A stretch of DNA of 64,000 nucleotides from Candidatus Binatia bacterium (GTDB lineage Bacteria > Desulfobacterota > Binatia > HRBIN30 > CADEER01), in NCBI GenBank assembly GCA_050176585.1, contig JBFXHX010000024.1, forward strand, positions 191 through 64,190. The letters are read 5' to 3'. Position numbers and translations under genes: made by a program. Positions 10,385-19,331 of this stretch are shown one piece after another. Within the stretch, counting starts at the first letter, position 1. Every line of letters starts with the position of its first letter. Below the pieces are notes generated by a model that was not told where the DNA came from, searched no databases, and worked only from the letters and a program-made list of their open reading frames with translations.

Positions 10385-11752
10385 TCAGGCGCTGATCGCC
10401 GCGGTCGACAGCCCCAGCGCGTCGCGCCGGATCGCTTCGAGGTCGTCCAGCGCCTTGGGCACCGCGGCGGTCAGCACTTCGCAACCGTCTGAGGTCACCA
10501 GCACGTCGTCCTCGATGCGTACGCCGATGCCGTGCCACTCCGGAGCGATGTCCTCGAGATGGTCGGCGATATACAGTCCGGGTTCCACTGTCAGCACCAT
10601 ACCGGGCTCGAGCGTGCGCACTTGATCGCCGAGCTTGTAGAGGCCGACGTCGTGCACGTCGATCCCGAGCCAGTGACTGGTGCGGTGCATGTATAGGGGC
10701 TTATAGAGCTCCTCCCGCTCGACGTCATCCGCATCCCCGCTGAGCAGCCCGAGCGCGATCAGGCCTTCGACCAGCACCCGCACGGCGCGGCGGTGCGGAG
10801 CATCGAACGGCGCGCCGGGCCGCACCTCGTGGATCGCGGCGCGCTGCGCGGCGAGCACCAAGCTGTAAATGTCGCGCTGACGTCCAGCAAAGCGCGGCCC
10901 GATCGGGAAAGTGCGGGTGATGTCGGCGCAATAGAAGCCGAACTCCGCGCCCGCATCGATCAACAGCAGTTCGCCTTCGCCGAGCTGGCATTCGTTGTTC
11001 GTATAGTGCAGGACGGTCGCGTTCGCACCCGCCGCGACAATCGACGGGTACGCCGGCGCCGACGCGCCGTGACGCCGAAAGGTATACTCAATCAGCGCTT
11101 CGATCTCGTACTCCCAGCAGCCCGCCCGCGCCTCGCGCATTGCCGCACAATGCGCTTCCGCCGAAATGGTGGCCGCCTGCCGCATGCGCTCGAGCTCGAT
11201 CGGCGCTTTCCGCAGGCGCATCTCGTGCACGGGCTCACGCGCATCGAGCAAACCGGTAGGCCCCCGGCCCGTGCGCGGCCGGTGTTGTTGCGCTTCTTCG
11301 AGCCACTCCATCGCTCGGCGCGCGAACGGCAGCTCGCGCTCGAGGGCGCAATAGAACGTATCGTGTGCGGCTATCCACTTGGGCAGATACCGATCGACGT
11401 CCTGGATCGGATACGCCTTCGACGCGCCGTACTGGCTCACCGCGCCTTCAACGCCCGCACGGCGGCCGACCCACGTCTCGCGCTCGCGATCCCGCGGTCG
11501 GACGAACAGGACGTACTCGTGCTCGGCATCGCCCGGCTGCAGCACGCAGAGCGCCCCCGGTTCGGGGAATCCGGTCAGGTAATAGAAGTCGCTGTGCTGC
11601 CGATAGCGGTACTCGACATCGTTCGAGCGCACGCGCTCCGGCGCTGCGGAAAATACCGCGATGGCGTCGGGGCCGAGGGCGTCCATGAGGCGGCGGCGCC
11701 GCTCGGCGAATACGGACGGCTCCACGCGAGCACTCAAGCGGGCCGCCCCCAC
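10385..11752 (-). CDS. pepP: Xaa-Pro aminopeptidase (aminopeptidase P, M24B)
   Basis: Collinear with E. coli PepP. AMP_N region (YRQHSDFYYLTGF). Metal ligands within HYTNNE, LIDAGAEFGFYCADITRT, HWLGIDVHD, EPGLYI and IRIEDD. GTG start at 11752; an alternative ATG lies at 11686. Confidence 0.88.
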   Translation of the reverse strand: MGAARLSARVEPSVFAERRRRLMDALGPDAIAVFSAAPERVRSNDVEYRYRQHSDFYYLTGFPEPGALCVLQPGDAEHEYVLFVRPRDRERETWVGRRAGVEGAVSQYGASKAYPIQDVDRYLPKWIAAHDTFYCALERELPFARRAMEWLEEAQQHRPRTGRGPTGLLDAREPVHEMRLRKAPIELERMRQAATISAEAHCAAMREARAGCWEYEIEALIEYTFRRHGASAPAYPSIVAAGANATVLHYTNNECQLGEGELLLIDAGAEFGFYCADITRTFPIGPRFAGRQRDIYSLVLAAQRAAIHEVRPGAPFDAPHRRAVRVLVEGLIALGLLSGDADDVEREELYKPLYMHRTSHWLGIDVHDVGLYKLGDQVRTLEPGMVLTVEPGLYIADHLEDIAPEWHGIGVRIEDDVLVTSDGCEVLTAAVPKALDDLEAIRRDALGLSTAAISA

Positions 11753-12504
11753 GTGGGGGCCGCGCCGATGAGGGTACGCAGCAGGTCGAGCGGGATCGGC
11801 ACGATCATCGTGTGGTTCTTCTCCGTGCCCACCTGGGCGAGAGTCTGCAACATGCGAAGGGTCATCGCGACCGGTTGCGTCTCCATCACCGCCGCCGCCT
11901 CACCCAGCCGCGCCGCGGCTTGATACTCGCCTTCGGCGCTGATCACCTTGGCCCGCCGCAAACGCTCGGCTTCCGCCTGGCGCGCCATCGCGCGCTGCAT
12001 GTCCGCGGGGAGGTCGATGTGCTTGAGTTCCACCATCATGACCTTGATACCCCACGGGTCGGTGCTGGCGTCGATGATCTCTTGCAGCTTTTCGTTCAGC
12101 CGTTCCCGCTCGGCGAGCAACTCGTCCAGCAGGGCCTGGCCACACACGCTGCGCAACGTGGTCTGCGCCAATTGTGAGGTCGCGTACAGGAAGTTTTGTA
12201 CCTCCACCACGGCGCGCGCGGGCTCAATCACCCGGAAGTACAGGACGGCGCTGACTTTGACGGATACGTTGTCGCGCGTGATGACATCCTGCGACGGCAC
12301 ATCCAGCGTGATCGTCCGGAGGTCGAGCTTGTACATCTGCTCGAGGAACGGAATCACGTAGATGATCCCGGGGCCGCGAGTGCCGACCAGCCGGCCCAGT
12401 CGCAGGACCACGGCGCGCTCGTACTCGCGCACCACTTTGATCCCGCCGGCGATCAGCAGGACGCCAACGACAATCACGGTACCCAACGCCCCGAGACCAA
12501 ACAT
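11734..12504 (-). CDS. SPFH/Band-7 (stomatin/prohibitin-like) membrane protein
   Basis: N-terminal TM helix (ALGTVIVVGVLLIAGGI) followed by an SPFH core (VVLRLGR...VITRDNV...), then a coiled-coil tail. ATG at 12504. The ORF-track frame 11734..13221 carries a spurious 5' extension. Confidence 0.85.
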   Translation of the reverse strand: MFGLGALGTVIVVGVLLIAGGIKVVREYERAVVLRLGRLVGTRGPGIIYVIPFLEQMYKLDLRTITLDVPSQDVITRDNVSVKVSAVLYFRVIEPARAVVEVQNFLYATSQLAQTTLRSVCGQALLDELLAERERLNEKLQEIIDASTDPWGIKVMMVELKHIDLPADMQRAMARQAEAERLRRAKVISAEGEYQAAARLGEAAAVMETQPVAMTLRMLQTLAQVGTEKNHTMIVPIPLDLLRTLIGAAPTWGRPA

Positions 12505-12615
12505 GGTTGCGACACATAGCACACCGGTTGAAGGCGGGAAACGCGCTCGCCGGCGACGGCCGGAGCGGCCTCCCTCGGCGTAGAACCTCGGCGGGTCGCG
12601 GAGTACTGTGCGCCA

Positions 12616-13137
12616 ATGGCGGATCAGGTAGCACGACGCGATCGCTTGGCAGCGCTGGCGTTGGTGGGTCTGCTGATCAGCGGGGCCGGCACCTTGATCA
12701 TCCGCTCGGTGGTGAACGGCGCCGCCCACCAACACGCCGATCCCTCCGCGCTGCGCGACGCCGTGCTGCTCGATCGCTTCTCCGCGCGCCGGGAGCGCAG
12801 CGCGGAGGGCGATCGGCTGCGGATATCGGTGCGCCTGCGCACCAGCGCCACCGTCAGTCTGCCGTGCTTCGTCTTCGTAATCGCGCGCAACGATCAGTCC
12901 GTGCCGAAGCGCTGGAGCATCTGGCCGCCGCAGCCTCCCGGGCCGGCAATCACGGCGAGCGGGCACTTCCACGCCGCGACGCCCACCGCCGGCGCGCCGT
13001 TCATGTTGAGCGACACCTGGGCGCGCGTCAACGCAACGATTCCCAGCCCCGAAGACGGCGCGAGCTACGACAGCGTGGCCGTCTACGTGGTGGACGAAAG
13101 CGGCCGCGTGCTGCTCGCCCGACCGTTTCGCCTTTGA
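12616..13137 (+). CDS. Hypothetical exported protein (173 aa)
   Basis: High GC3. N-terminal hydrophobic segment LAALALVGLLISGAGTLII. Divergent from the SPFH gene. No recognisable domain. Confidence 0.4.
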   Translation: MADQVARRDRLAALALVGLLISGAGTLIIRSVVNGAAHQHADPSALRDAVLLDRFSARRERSAEGDRLRISVRLRTSATVSLPCFVFVIARNDQSVPKRWSIWPPQPPGPAITASGHFHAATPTAGAPFMLSDTWARVNATIPSPEDGASYDSVAVYVVDESGRVLLARPFRL

Positions 13138-13321
13138 CTGGACCGCCCGCGGCCGACACGGCGGTGGCGCGCGCCGCGCCCCTCCCTCGATCAGTCGCGC
13201 GTAGCCCTGCGCTCCATGCAACTTGCGCCGGCAGACCGCATGAACGTGCGCCCGCCGGTGAAATCATCCGGACACAAAATTTGGTTTTCTGGCGTGTCGA
13301 GTCTCGCTAGGATGGGACGTC

Positions 13322-15553
13322 ATGTCCAAAACGTCGCCGCCGGACCCGGCGGGAGCCGCGGTTGCGCCGACGTGTACCGAGTACCGTCAGCAAGTGCTCG
13401 CGACGTCGATGCCGATGGCCGTGACTCTGATCGTCACAGTGATCGCCTTCTATGGGCTCGTGCACGTGCGGCTGTCCGACTCGCTCGATCAAATCCTCAC
13501 GTTTAGTGCCGAGCTCGCCATCCCGATCACCGCCCTGCTGCTCGTGCGCACTCGGCTGCAGACGCGCGTCGAAAGCGTACTGGTAGTGGCTGACCTGCTG
13601 TTCACCGCGATATTGGCGACGCGCCTGATCCTGCCCAGCGCGACGGTTTCCGGCGTCGCGCTGTTCCTGGTGCTCAAGCAACTCGCCACGGCCGCGTTGC
13701 TGCCGTGGCGACCGCGACTGCAATACGCGTCCTCCGCACTCACCGTCCTCGCGTACTTCCTCGGCCTCGCCATCAGCGGACGCGAGGTCTCGCACGCGCA
13801 TCAGTTGGTCGGTCCACCCATCGCCGCGGTGCTCGCCTGCGTCGGTGCGACCCTGGCCGATCGCACCCGGCGGGACCTGTGGCGGCGCACCGCCGCGCTG
13901 GCGGACTCCGAGCGCGAGACGCGGCGCCTCCTGGAATCCGAGCGCGTCCTCACCGCGCTGGCGCGGGAAATCAGCGTCCTCACCGATCTGCGCAGCGCGC
14001 TCGACCGCGTGAACAGCCTCACCGCGGCGGCCCTCGGTTGCGAGGTCAGCACGATCTACCTCATCGATGAAAAGCGCGGCGTCGCGCGCGCCGCCTCGAC
14101 CAGCGCGCGCGAGCCGACGCGGGCCCACGTGCTGGCCGCGGCCATGCCGATAGACTGGGTGGAGTTGGAGCGCTGGCGCGACGGTCGCGCACTGGTCGTC
14201 GACGCGCCGCAGGCGCGCGCCTGGCTCGGCGACGCCGCGCTGTCCGCCGATCACTCCCTCGCGCTGGCACCGTTGCGCGCTAAATCGAAGCTCGTCGGAG
14301 CCCTCACCGCCGTGCGAATGGGCCGCTCTCCGGCATTCGACGCCTGGCAGATCGCGCTGCTCGAAGCGATCGCTGCGCACGCCGCGATCGCCATCGAGAA
14401 CGCGCAGCTGTTCGACGGGCTGGTGGCGTCGGAGGCCAGTTACCGCGATCTGTTCGAGCGCGCCACGGATCTGATCTTCGTCGTGGACGAGGGCGGGGGC
14501 GTGCGCTTTGCGAACCGCGCGGCGCTCGACTTCGTGGGCGTCGACGCGGAATGTCTGGGAACGCTCGGCTGGCAAGAGCTGCTGACGCCGGAATCACGCC
14601 GGCTCATCGCGCGCCGCATGACCATCGGCCGGCGCCGCCGCACGCGCTCAGAGGGCGCTTTCGAAGTCGAGGTGCACAGGCTCGGCGGAGCGATCGCGAC
14701 GCTCGAGGTGCGCGCGCGGCGCATCAGCCCATGCGGCCAGCCGCGGACGTATCAGTGCATCGCCCGCGACGCGACCGAGCGGCGCCGCCAGGAGCGCGAA
14801 AGCCAGGAGCTACTGAGTCGTCTGCGCGAAGCGAATCGACTGCAGGGCGAATTCGTCGCGAACATGTCACACGAGCTGCGGACGCCGCTGAACGTGATCA
14901 TCGGATATGCGGACCTGCTCGCGGACGAGCCCGACATGCCGACACAAGGTGACGCGCGGCTCTTCCTCCAACGCATCGCCGCCGCCGGACGCTCCCTGCA
15001 CCGGCTGGTGGAGAGCGTGCTCGAGTACGCGCGACTCGATCGCGGCCGCGCCGTGCTCATTCCCCGCCGCTTCGCCGCGGATGAGCTACTCGGCGCGCTC
15101 TCCCAGCTCGGTCGCGATGTGCGCCGCGACTCCTCCGCCGCGGTGCGCGTCCAGGCGCGCACCGATCTCGTGCTGCGCACGGACTATGATCGGCTGTACT
15201 CTGTGCTCAGCAACCTGCTGCTCAATGCGATCAAATTCACGCCGGATGGCTCGGTGGAGCTCACGGTGCACCGCGATGGCGCCGCGGCGGAGTTCACCGT
15301 GCGCGACACCGGCATCGGCATCGAGAAGGGTCAGCTGTCACACGTGTTCGAACCCTTCCGCCAGGCCGACGGATCGCCGACGCGCAACTACGGTGGGGTC
15401 GGGCTCGGACTCGCCATCGTCCAGCGCAACGTCGAGTTGCTGGGCGGCACCGTCGACGTCGACAGCGTCGCGGGAGCCGGCTCGACGTTCCGGGTGCGCG
15501 TCCCGCTGGACCTCGCGGACGCTGCCGCCATAGATACCGCGTCCGCGGCCTGA
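13322..15553 (+). CDS. Multi-domain sensor histidine kinase (polytopic N-terminal membrane domain, GAF, PAS, HisKA, HATPase_c)
   Basis: 743 aa. Five to six N-terminal hydrophobic helices. H-box MSHELRTPLN. N, G1 and G2 boxes (LLLNAIKFT, DTGIGI, GGVGLGLAIV). No adjacent response regulator. Confidence 0.9.
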   Translation: MSKTSPPDPAGAAVAPTCTEYRQQVLATSMPMAVTLIVTVIAFYGLVHVRLSDSLDQILTFSAELAIPITALLLVRTRLQTRVESVLVVADLLFTAILATRLILPSATVSGVALFLVLKQLATAALLPWRPRLQYASSALTVLAYFLGLAISGREVSHAHQLVGPPIAAVLACVGATLADRTRRDLWRRTAALADSERETRRLLESERVLTALAREISVLTDLRSALDRVNSLTAAALGCEVSTIYLIDEKRGVARAASTSAREPTRAHVLAAAMPIDWVELERWRDGRALVVDAPQARAWLGDAALSADHSLALAPLRAKSKLVGALTAVRMGRSPAFDAWQIALLEAIAAHAAIAIENAQLFDGLVASEASYRDLFERATDLIFVVDEGGGVRFANRAALDFVGVDAECLGTLGWQELLTPESRRLIARRMTIGRRRRTRSEGAFEVEVHRLGGAIATLEVRARRISPCGQPRTYQCIARDATERRRQERESQELLSRLREANRLQGEFVANMSHELRTPLNVIIGYADLLADEPDMPTQGDARLFLQRIAAAGRSLHRLVESVLEYARLDRGRAVLIPRRFAADELLGALSQLGRDVRRDSSAAVRVQARTDLVLRTDYDRLYSVLSNLLLNAIKFTPDGSVELTVHRDGAAAEFTVRDTGIGIEKGQLSHVFEPFRQADGSPTRNYGGVGLGLAIVQRNVELLGGTVDVDSVAGAGSTFRVRVPLDLADAAAIDTASAA

Positions 15554-15590
15554 CATCCCGCCCGCCGTGCCGCCGCGCGGCGCGCATGGC

Positions 15591-16751
15591 TCAGCGAATC
15601 AACTCGGCAACCGCGGGCGGCATGTCGGCGGCCACGCGTACGATCGGGATGCCCGTCTGGGTATTCTGATGCATCTCGCGGAGCGCCCTCGGCAGGTCCG
15701 CGAAATCGTAGATCTCATGATGCACGCTCGGCTTGTACACGGAGCCATAGAGCTCGGTGCACGCGTTGCAGCCATCGATGGTCTCGTAGTGCGTGTGGTC
15801 CAGCGTGACCTGTTTGACCGACAAGCCGGCCGAATCGTAGGTCACGCGCTTGTCCAGCTGCCAGCCAGCGCTCACGTTCACCGCGTGGCGCGCTGCTGCG
15901 GCGATACCGGCCGCGAACACGGGACCGCGCAACATATCGCACACGACGTGCATCCCGACGCCGTCGGTGAGCTGCTTGATCTCCCGCGTGAACGCCTTGA
16001 CGTCGTCGGCGCTCGCGAAGCGGTTGAACGCCTTCTGATCGATCGGCGCGGTTCCGAGCTTCGCGAGGTGATCGCGACGTGCGGGGCTGCCGGAACAGAA
16101 GAAGGTGCGGTGGCCTTCGTGCAGCGCCTGCATGAGAAACAACTCCGACACGCCCCCGCCAAACCCGAGCACGTTCAGCCGGGCGAGCTTTTCGCGCGGC
16201 ACTTTCACGCGAAAGATGCCCTCGGCGCGCCGCCACAGATGATACGCCGTCGGAGCGCGCAACGGCAGCGCCGCGATTTCCCACAACGTGAGACCACACC
16301 CGAGCGGCGCCGGGATCACCTGCCAGTCGCCTACCACCGCTTCCTCACCGTACCAGCCGATGGAGTCCGGCTGATCGTACCCCCAAATCCGCAGCGGATA
16401 CCCATACACGTCCGCTTCGCCGATGCAGTGCGTGATCACGATGTCACCCGGTTGAAACCGCGTCACGTCGGCGCCGACGGCCCGCACCTCACCCACCGCA
16501 CTGTTACCGGGAAAGATGGCGCCGCCGCGCAGCTCCGCGATATTGACGGTGTCGGCCAGTGCAGCGTGATCGACGTTGTGCTCGAGCGACACAGCGAGAA
16601 TCCGCATGTGCAGATCACGCGGGCCCATCGGACGCAACTGCAGCTCAGTCAGCGCGATGACCCGGGAGGAATCGAATCGGTCGAGGTCGTCGTTAACCCG
16701 CCGTCGCTCCGCACTGATCGCCGCCGTCGTGATGGCGTAAGCCTTCGGCAT
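15591..16751 (-). CDS. Crotonyl-CoA carboxylase/reductase-like enoyl reductase (MDR superfamily)
   Basis: 386 aa. Alignable by eye to Streptomyces CCR (HCIGEADVYGYPLRIWGYD...GWYGEEAVV, TAYHLW, glycine-rich LGFGGGVSE). Lacks the catalytic Zn ligands of alcohol dehydrogenases. Confidence 0.65.
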   Translation of the reverse strand: MPKAYAITTAAISAERRRVNDDLDRFDSSRVIALTELQLRPMGPRDLHMRILAVSLEHNVDHAALADTVNIAELRGGAIFPGNSAVGEVRAVGADVTRFQPGDIVITHCIGEADVYGYPLRIWGYDQPDSIGWYGEEAVVGDWQVIPAPLGCGLTLWEIAALPLRAPTAYHLWRRAEGIFRVKVPREKLARLNVLGFGGGVSELFLMQALHEGHRTFFCSGSPARRDHLAKLGTAPIDQKAFNRFASADDVKAFTREIKQLTDGVGMHVVCDMLRGPVFAAGIAAAARHAVNVSAGWQLDKRVTYDSAGLSVKQVTLDHTHYETIDGCNACTELYGSVYKPSVHHEIYDFADLPRALREMHQNTQTGIPIVRVAADMPPAVAELIR

Positions 16752-16879
16752 GATCCATCTCTCCCGTCAGCGCGCGGAAGCTAGCCGAGCCTCGGCGGCG
16801 CTTCAATGATCGCGATCACAAGCGCCCACGCCCGCTTGCCATGTGCCGGCCGCGCGCGCAGGATCGTGGTGTGGGTAGC

Positions 16880-17173
16880 ATGCTCGGCATCGTCGCCCTG
16901 CTGGCGGCGGTGGTCTTTCTGGCGCGCACGGCCCAGCGGCGCTCAGCGCTCCGCGGAGGACCGGGCTACCAGCCTGAGCATCCCATCGCGATTCGCGACT
17001 ACGGAGAGATGGACGCGGTCATCGGCGTGCAAACCTGCGTATGCGGCGCCCGCTATGCCTTGCGCGGAGAGGGCCCGAGCGCGGTCGCGCAGCAACGCGT
17101 CGCGCGGTTGGAGTGCCCGCGCTGCGAGCGTGAGGTCGCGTTGTACTTCGACGTGAGCGGTGTTCCGCACTGA
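16880..17173 (+). CDS. Small zinc-ribbon-like protein (CxC...CPRC), hypothetical
   Basis: 97 aa from the ATG at 16880. N-terminal hydrophobic segment. High GC3. Cys pairs VCGARY and CPRC. Confidence 0.45.
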   Translation: MLGIVALLAAVVFLARTAQRRSALRGGPGYQPEHPIAIRDYGEMDAVIGVQTCVCGARYALRGEGPSAVAQQRVARLECPRCEREVALYFDVSGVPH

Positions 17174-17309
17174 CGAGGACGCCCGGGCGCTGCGCAATGC
17201 GGGGTGTGGCCATCCGGGTCGGCGCGCGCCAGCCGCGCGGGCTTTCCCGGTCGCCCGGCCTTGTCACTGTGGCCCGAGCGGCATATAGGCGCCGGCAGGT
17301 CGACTAAGC

Positions 17310-18161
17310 ATGCGCCTGCGGCAGGTCGTCGGCGTGGCGCTGGTGAGCGCCGCAGCAGTGGTCGTCACCGATCTTCTGCTGCACAGCTCACTCTTGCGCG
17401 CACTGCGGCCGCGCATCCTCAGCCCCGCCGATGGCGCCATCATCACCGGTCCGGTGACGGTGACCTGGGAGGGCCCCGAGCCGATGCAGGCGACGCTCAC
17501 GGGCTCCGGACAGCGGATCGATCTCGGGCTGCGGCAAAGTCCGTTCGAGATCGACAGCGCGCGTTTCCCCCGCCCTGGGCAGTACGGCATCGAGTTATCG
17601 GCCACGCAGCTCGGGGGCTTCGTGCGCGTCGACCGGCGATTCATGGTACGGCGGCCGATCCCGCGCGACGCATCCCCCACGGCCGAGACCGCTCAAGCGG
17701 GCGAAGCGCCGCAACGCGCTCCCGCTGCGCCACCCGACATGAGCCGCATACTGGTGGAACGCGATCAGTTGCGGGTCGAGCTCGCTGCGCTGCAGAGCGA
17801 GGTAAATGCGCTGCGCAGCGAGCGGGCCGCCGCCGCGGACGCGCTCGACGCGCAGCAAGCCGACAGCGACGCGCGCTTGGATGCCTCGGAGCGCCAGCGC
17901 GACGCGCTGGCCCGCGATCACGCATTGGCGCTCCAGGAGAATCACTCGCTGCGGTTGCGCTTGGCGTCGGTGCCGCCGTGTATCGTGTGGGGCTATCTGT
18001 CCGCCCCTCGCACTCCGACCGCTCCGGCCAGCCGTCTCGTGGTCGTCAGCAACCGGCGCGGCGAGATCTTCCGCTCCGAGCTCCAATGCGTGGCCGCCCG
18101 CCGCGGCGATCCCACTGGCCTGTCACCGTGCGCCTGCGTGGGCGCGGTTCCGACGGGTTGA
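17310..18161 (+). CDS. Membrane-anchored coiled-coil protein, hypothetical
   Basis: 283 aa. N-terminal TM segment, a Pro/Ala-rich linker, and a long Ala/Arg/Asp/Gln-rich coiled-coil segment (ERDQLRVELAALQSEVNALRSERAAAADALDAQQ...). High GC3. Confidence 0.5.
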   Translation: MRLRQVVGVALVSAAAVVVTDLLLHSSLLRALRPRILSPADGAIITGPVTVTWEGPEPMQATLTGSGQRIDLGLRQSPFEIDSARFPRPGQYGIELSATQLGGFVRVDRRFMVRRPIPRDASPTAETAQAGEAPQRAPAAPPDMSRILVERDQLRVELAALQSEVNALRSERAAAADALDAQQADSDARLDASERQRDALARDHALALQENHSLRLRLASVPPCIVWGYLSAPRTPTAPASRLVVVSNRRGEIFRSELQCVAARRGDPTGLSPCACVGAVPTG

Positions 18162-18225
18162 CCTGCCGCACCACCCGCGCGACCGCGGGTGCGCGGTGCT
18201 GAGCTAGAGCAGCTCTGCGCGAAGC

Positions 18226-19254
18226 TTAGAGCAGCTCGCGGCGATCGGGCACCGGCGGGCCGCCGCCAGCGGGCGGCAGCTGAGCATCGCCCACCGTAAT
18301 ATCCGTCGGTATGCCGTTTTGCGTATCGACTGCGGTGCGCAGCTTTGCCGGATCGACCCAATTCTGCCACCCCAGCTCGGCGACGAGGCGCTGCGCTTCA
18401 GCGTAGAGGTCGGGCAGAAATCGATAGATATCGGGGGACACTTCGGCGTAGATGCGCCCGTCCCGGGCACCGATCTTCACCGGTTGATAGAGGAACTCCC
18501 CCGGGGCGCCGATCGGGACGATGGGGAAAAGCGCTTCGATGTCCTCGGGGTACAGTCGGACGCAGCCGTGTGACACCTGCATACCGACGCCCCAGGGGAT
18601 ATCGGTACCGTGAATGCGATAGCCAGGCATCGTGAGCTCTAGGCGATATTTGCCCAGCGGATTGTCTGGGGCGCCCCCTTCGATCATGCGGCGGTGATCG
18701 CCGCGCTCCCGGATGTGTTCCTCGCGAATGGACTCCGGGATGATCCAGGTCGGGTTTTTGGTCTTGCCGAGGATCTTGAACTTCCCCTGCGGGGTGCGCC
18801 ACTCGTCTCGCCCCAATCCCACCGGGTACGTCGTCACGAGTTGCGGCAAAGCCTGGGTGCGGCGCGGATGAAAATAGTAGAGCCGCATTTCCGGGATGTT
18901 GACCACCACTCCTTGATGCGGGCCCTGCGGAATGATCCAGGCCGTCGGCAAGGTTACGGAACTCGCTTTGATCCCGGGTATCCAGGGATCGACCCCGGGG
19001 TTGGCCTGCTCGATCTCGTTGTAGCCGAGCCCGTAAAAGCGCGCCAAATCGAGGAACGTGTCGCCCTTGGCGGGCGTGTAGTAGCGAACGCTGCCGATGA
19101 TGGTGTCGGCGCTCGCCGGATCACTGCTCGCCAGCATGGCGTACGGCTCGGTCCGCAGGGCCTTGCTGGCGAAGTCCTCTTCGGTCCAGCGTCCCGCCCA
19201 CGCAGGCTCGGTCACCAGCAACACCAGCCCCGCCAACCACCCCATCCTTCGCAT
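18226..19254 (-). CDS. L,D-transpeptidase with LysM domain (YkuD/ErfK family)
   Basis: Signal peptide MRRMGWLAGLVLLVTEPAWAG. LysM segment (YYTPAKGDTFLDLARFYGLGYNEIEQANP). Catalytic HGCVRL and upstream His. Start chosen at 19254 (GAGG 3 nt upstream); the ORF-track start 19326 is probably too long. Confidence 0.85.
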   Translation of the reverse strand: MRRMGWLAGLVLLVTEPAWAGRWTEEDFASKALRTEPYAMLASSDPASADTIIGSVRYYTPAKGDTFLDLARFYGLGYNEIEQANPGVDPWIPGIKASSVTLPTAWIIPQGPHQGVVVNIPEMRLYYFHPRRTQALPQLVTTYPVGLGRDEWRTPQGKFKILGKTKNPTWIIPESIREEHIRERGDHRRMIEGGAPDNPLGKYRLELTMPGYRIHGTDIPWGVGMQVSHGCVRLYPEDIEALFPIVPIGAPGEFLYQPVKIGARDGRIYAEVSPDIYRFLPDLYAEAQRLVAELGWQNWVDPAKLRTAVDTQNGIPTDITVGDAQLPPAGGGPPVPDRRELL

Positions 19255-19331
19255 GCGCCTCGTTCCTGCCTCTCCGGCGGCAACCGCCGCGCCAGGGATG
19301 AAAGCACAGTGATTCTGTTGGTCCAATACCC

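Noticed and set aside
11734-13221. Long N-terminally extended versions of real genes in the ORF track (for example 11734..13221, 19332..20615, 20730..21692, 27777..29228, 34211..35353, 40326..41672, 41342..43129, 49450..50964, 52434..53741, 62441..63664)
   Set aside because: The upstream extensions are Arg/Pro/Gly-rich, overlap neighbouring genes, and lack homology. Internal starts with good SD sequences and family-typical N-termini were chosen instead.
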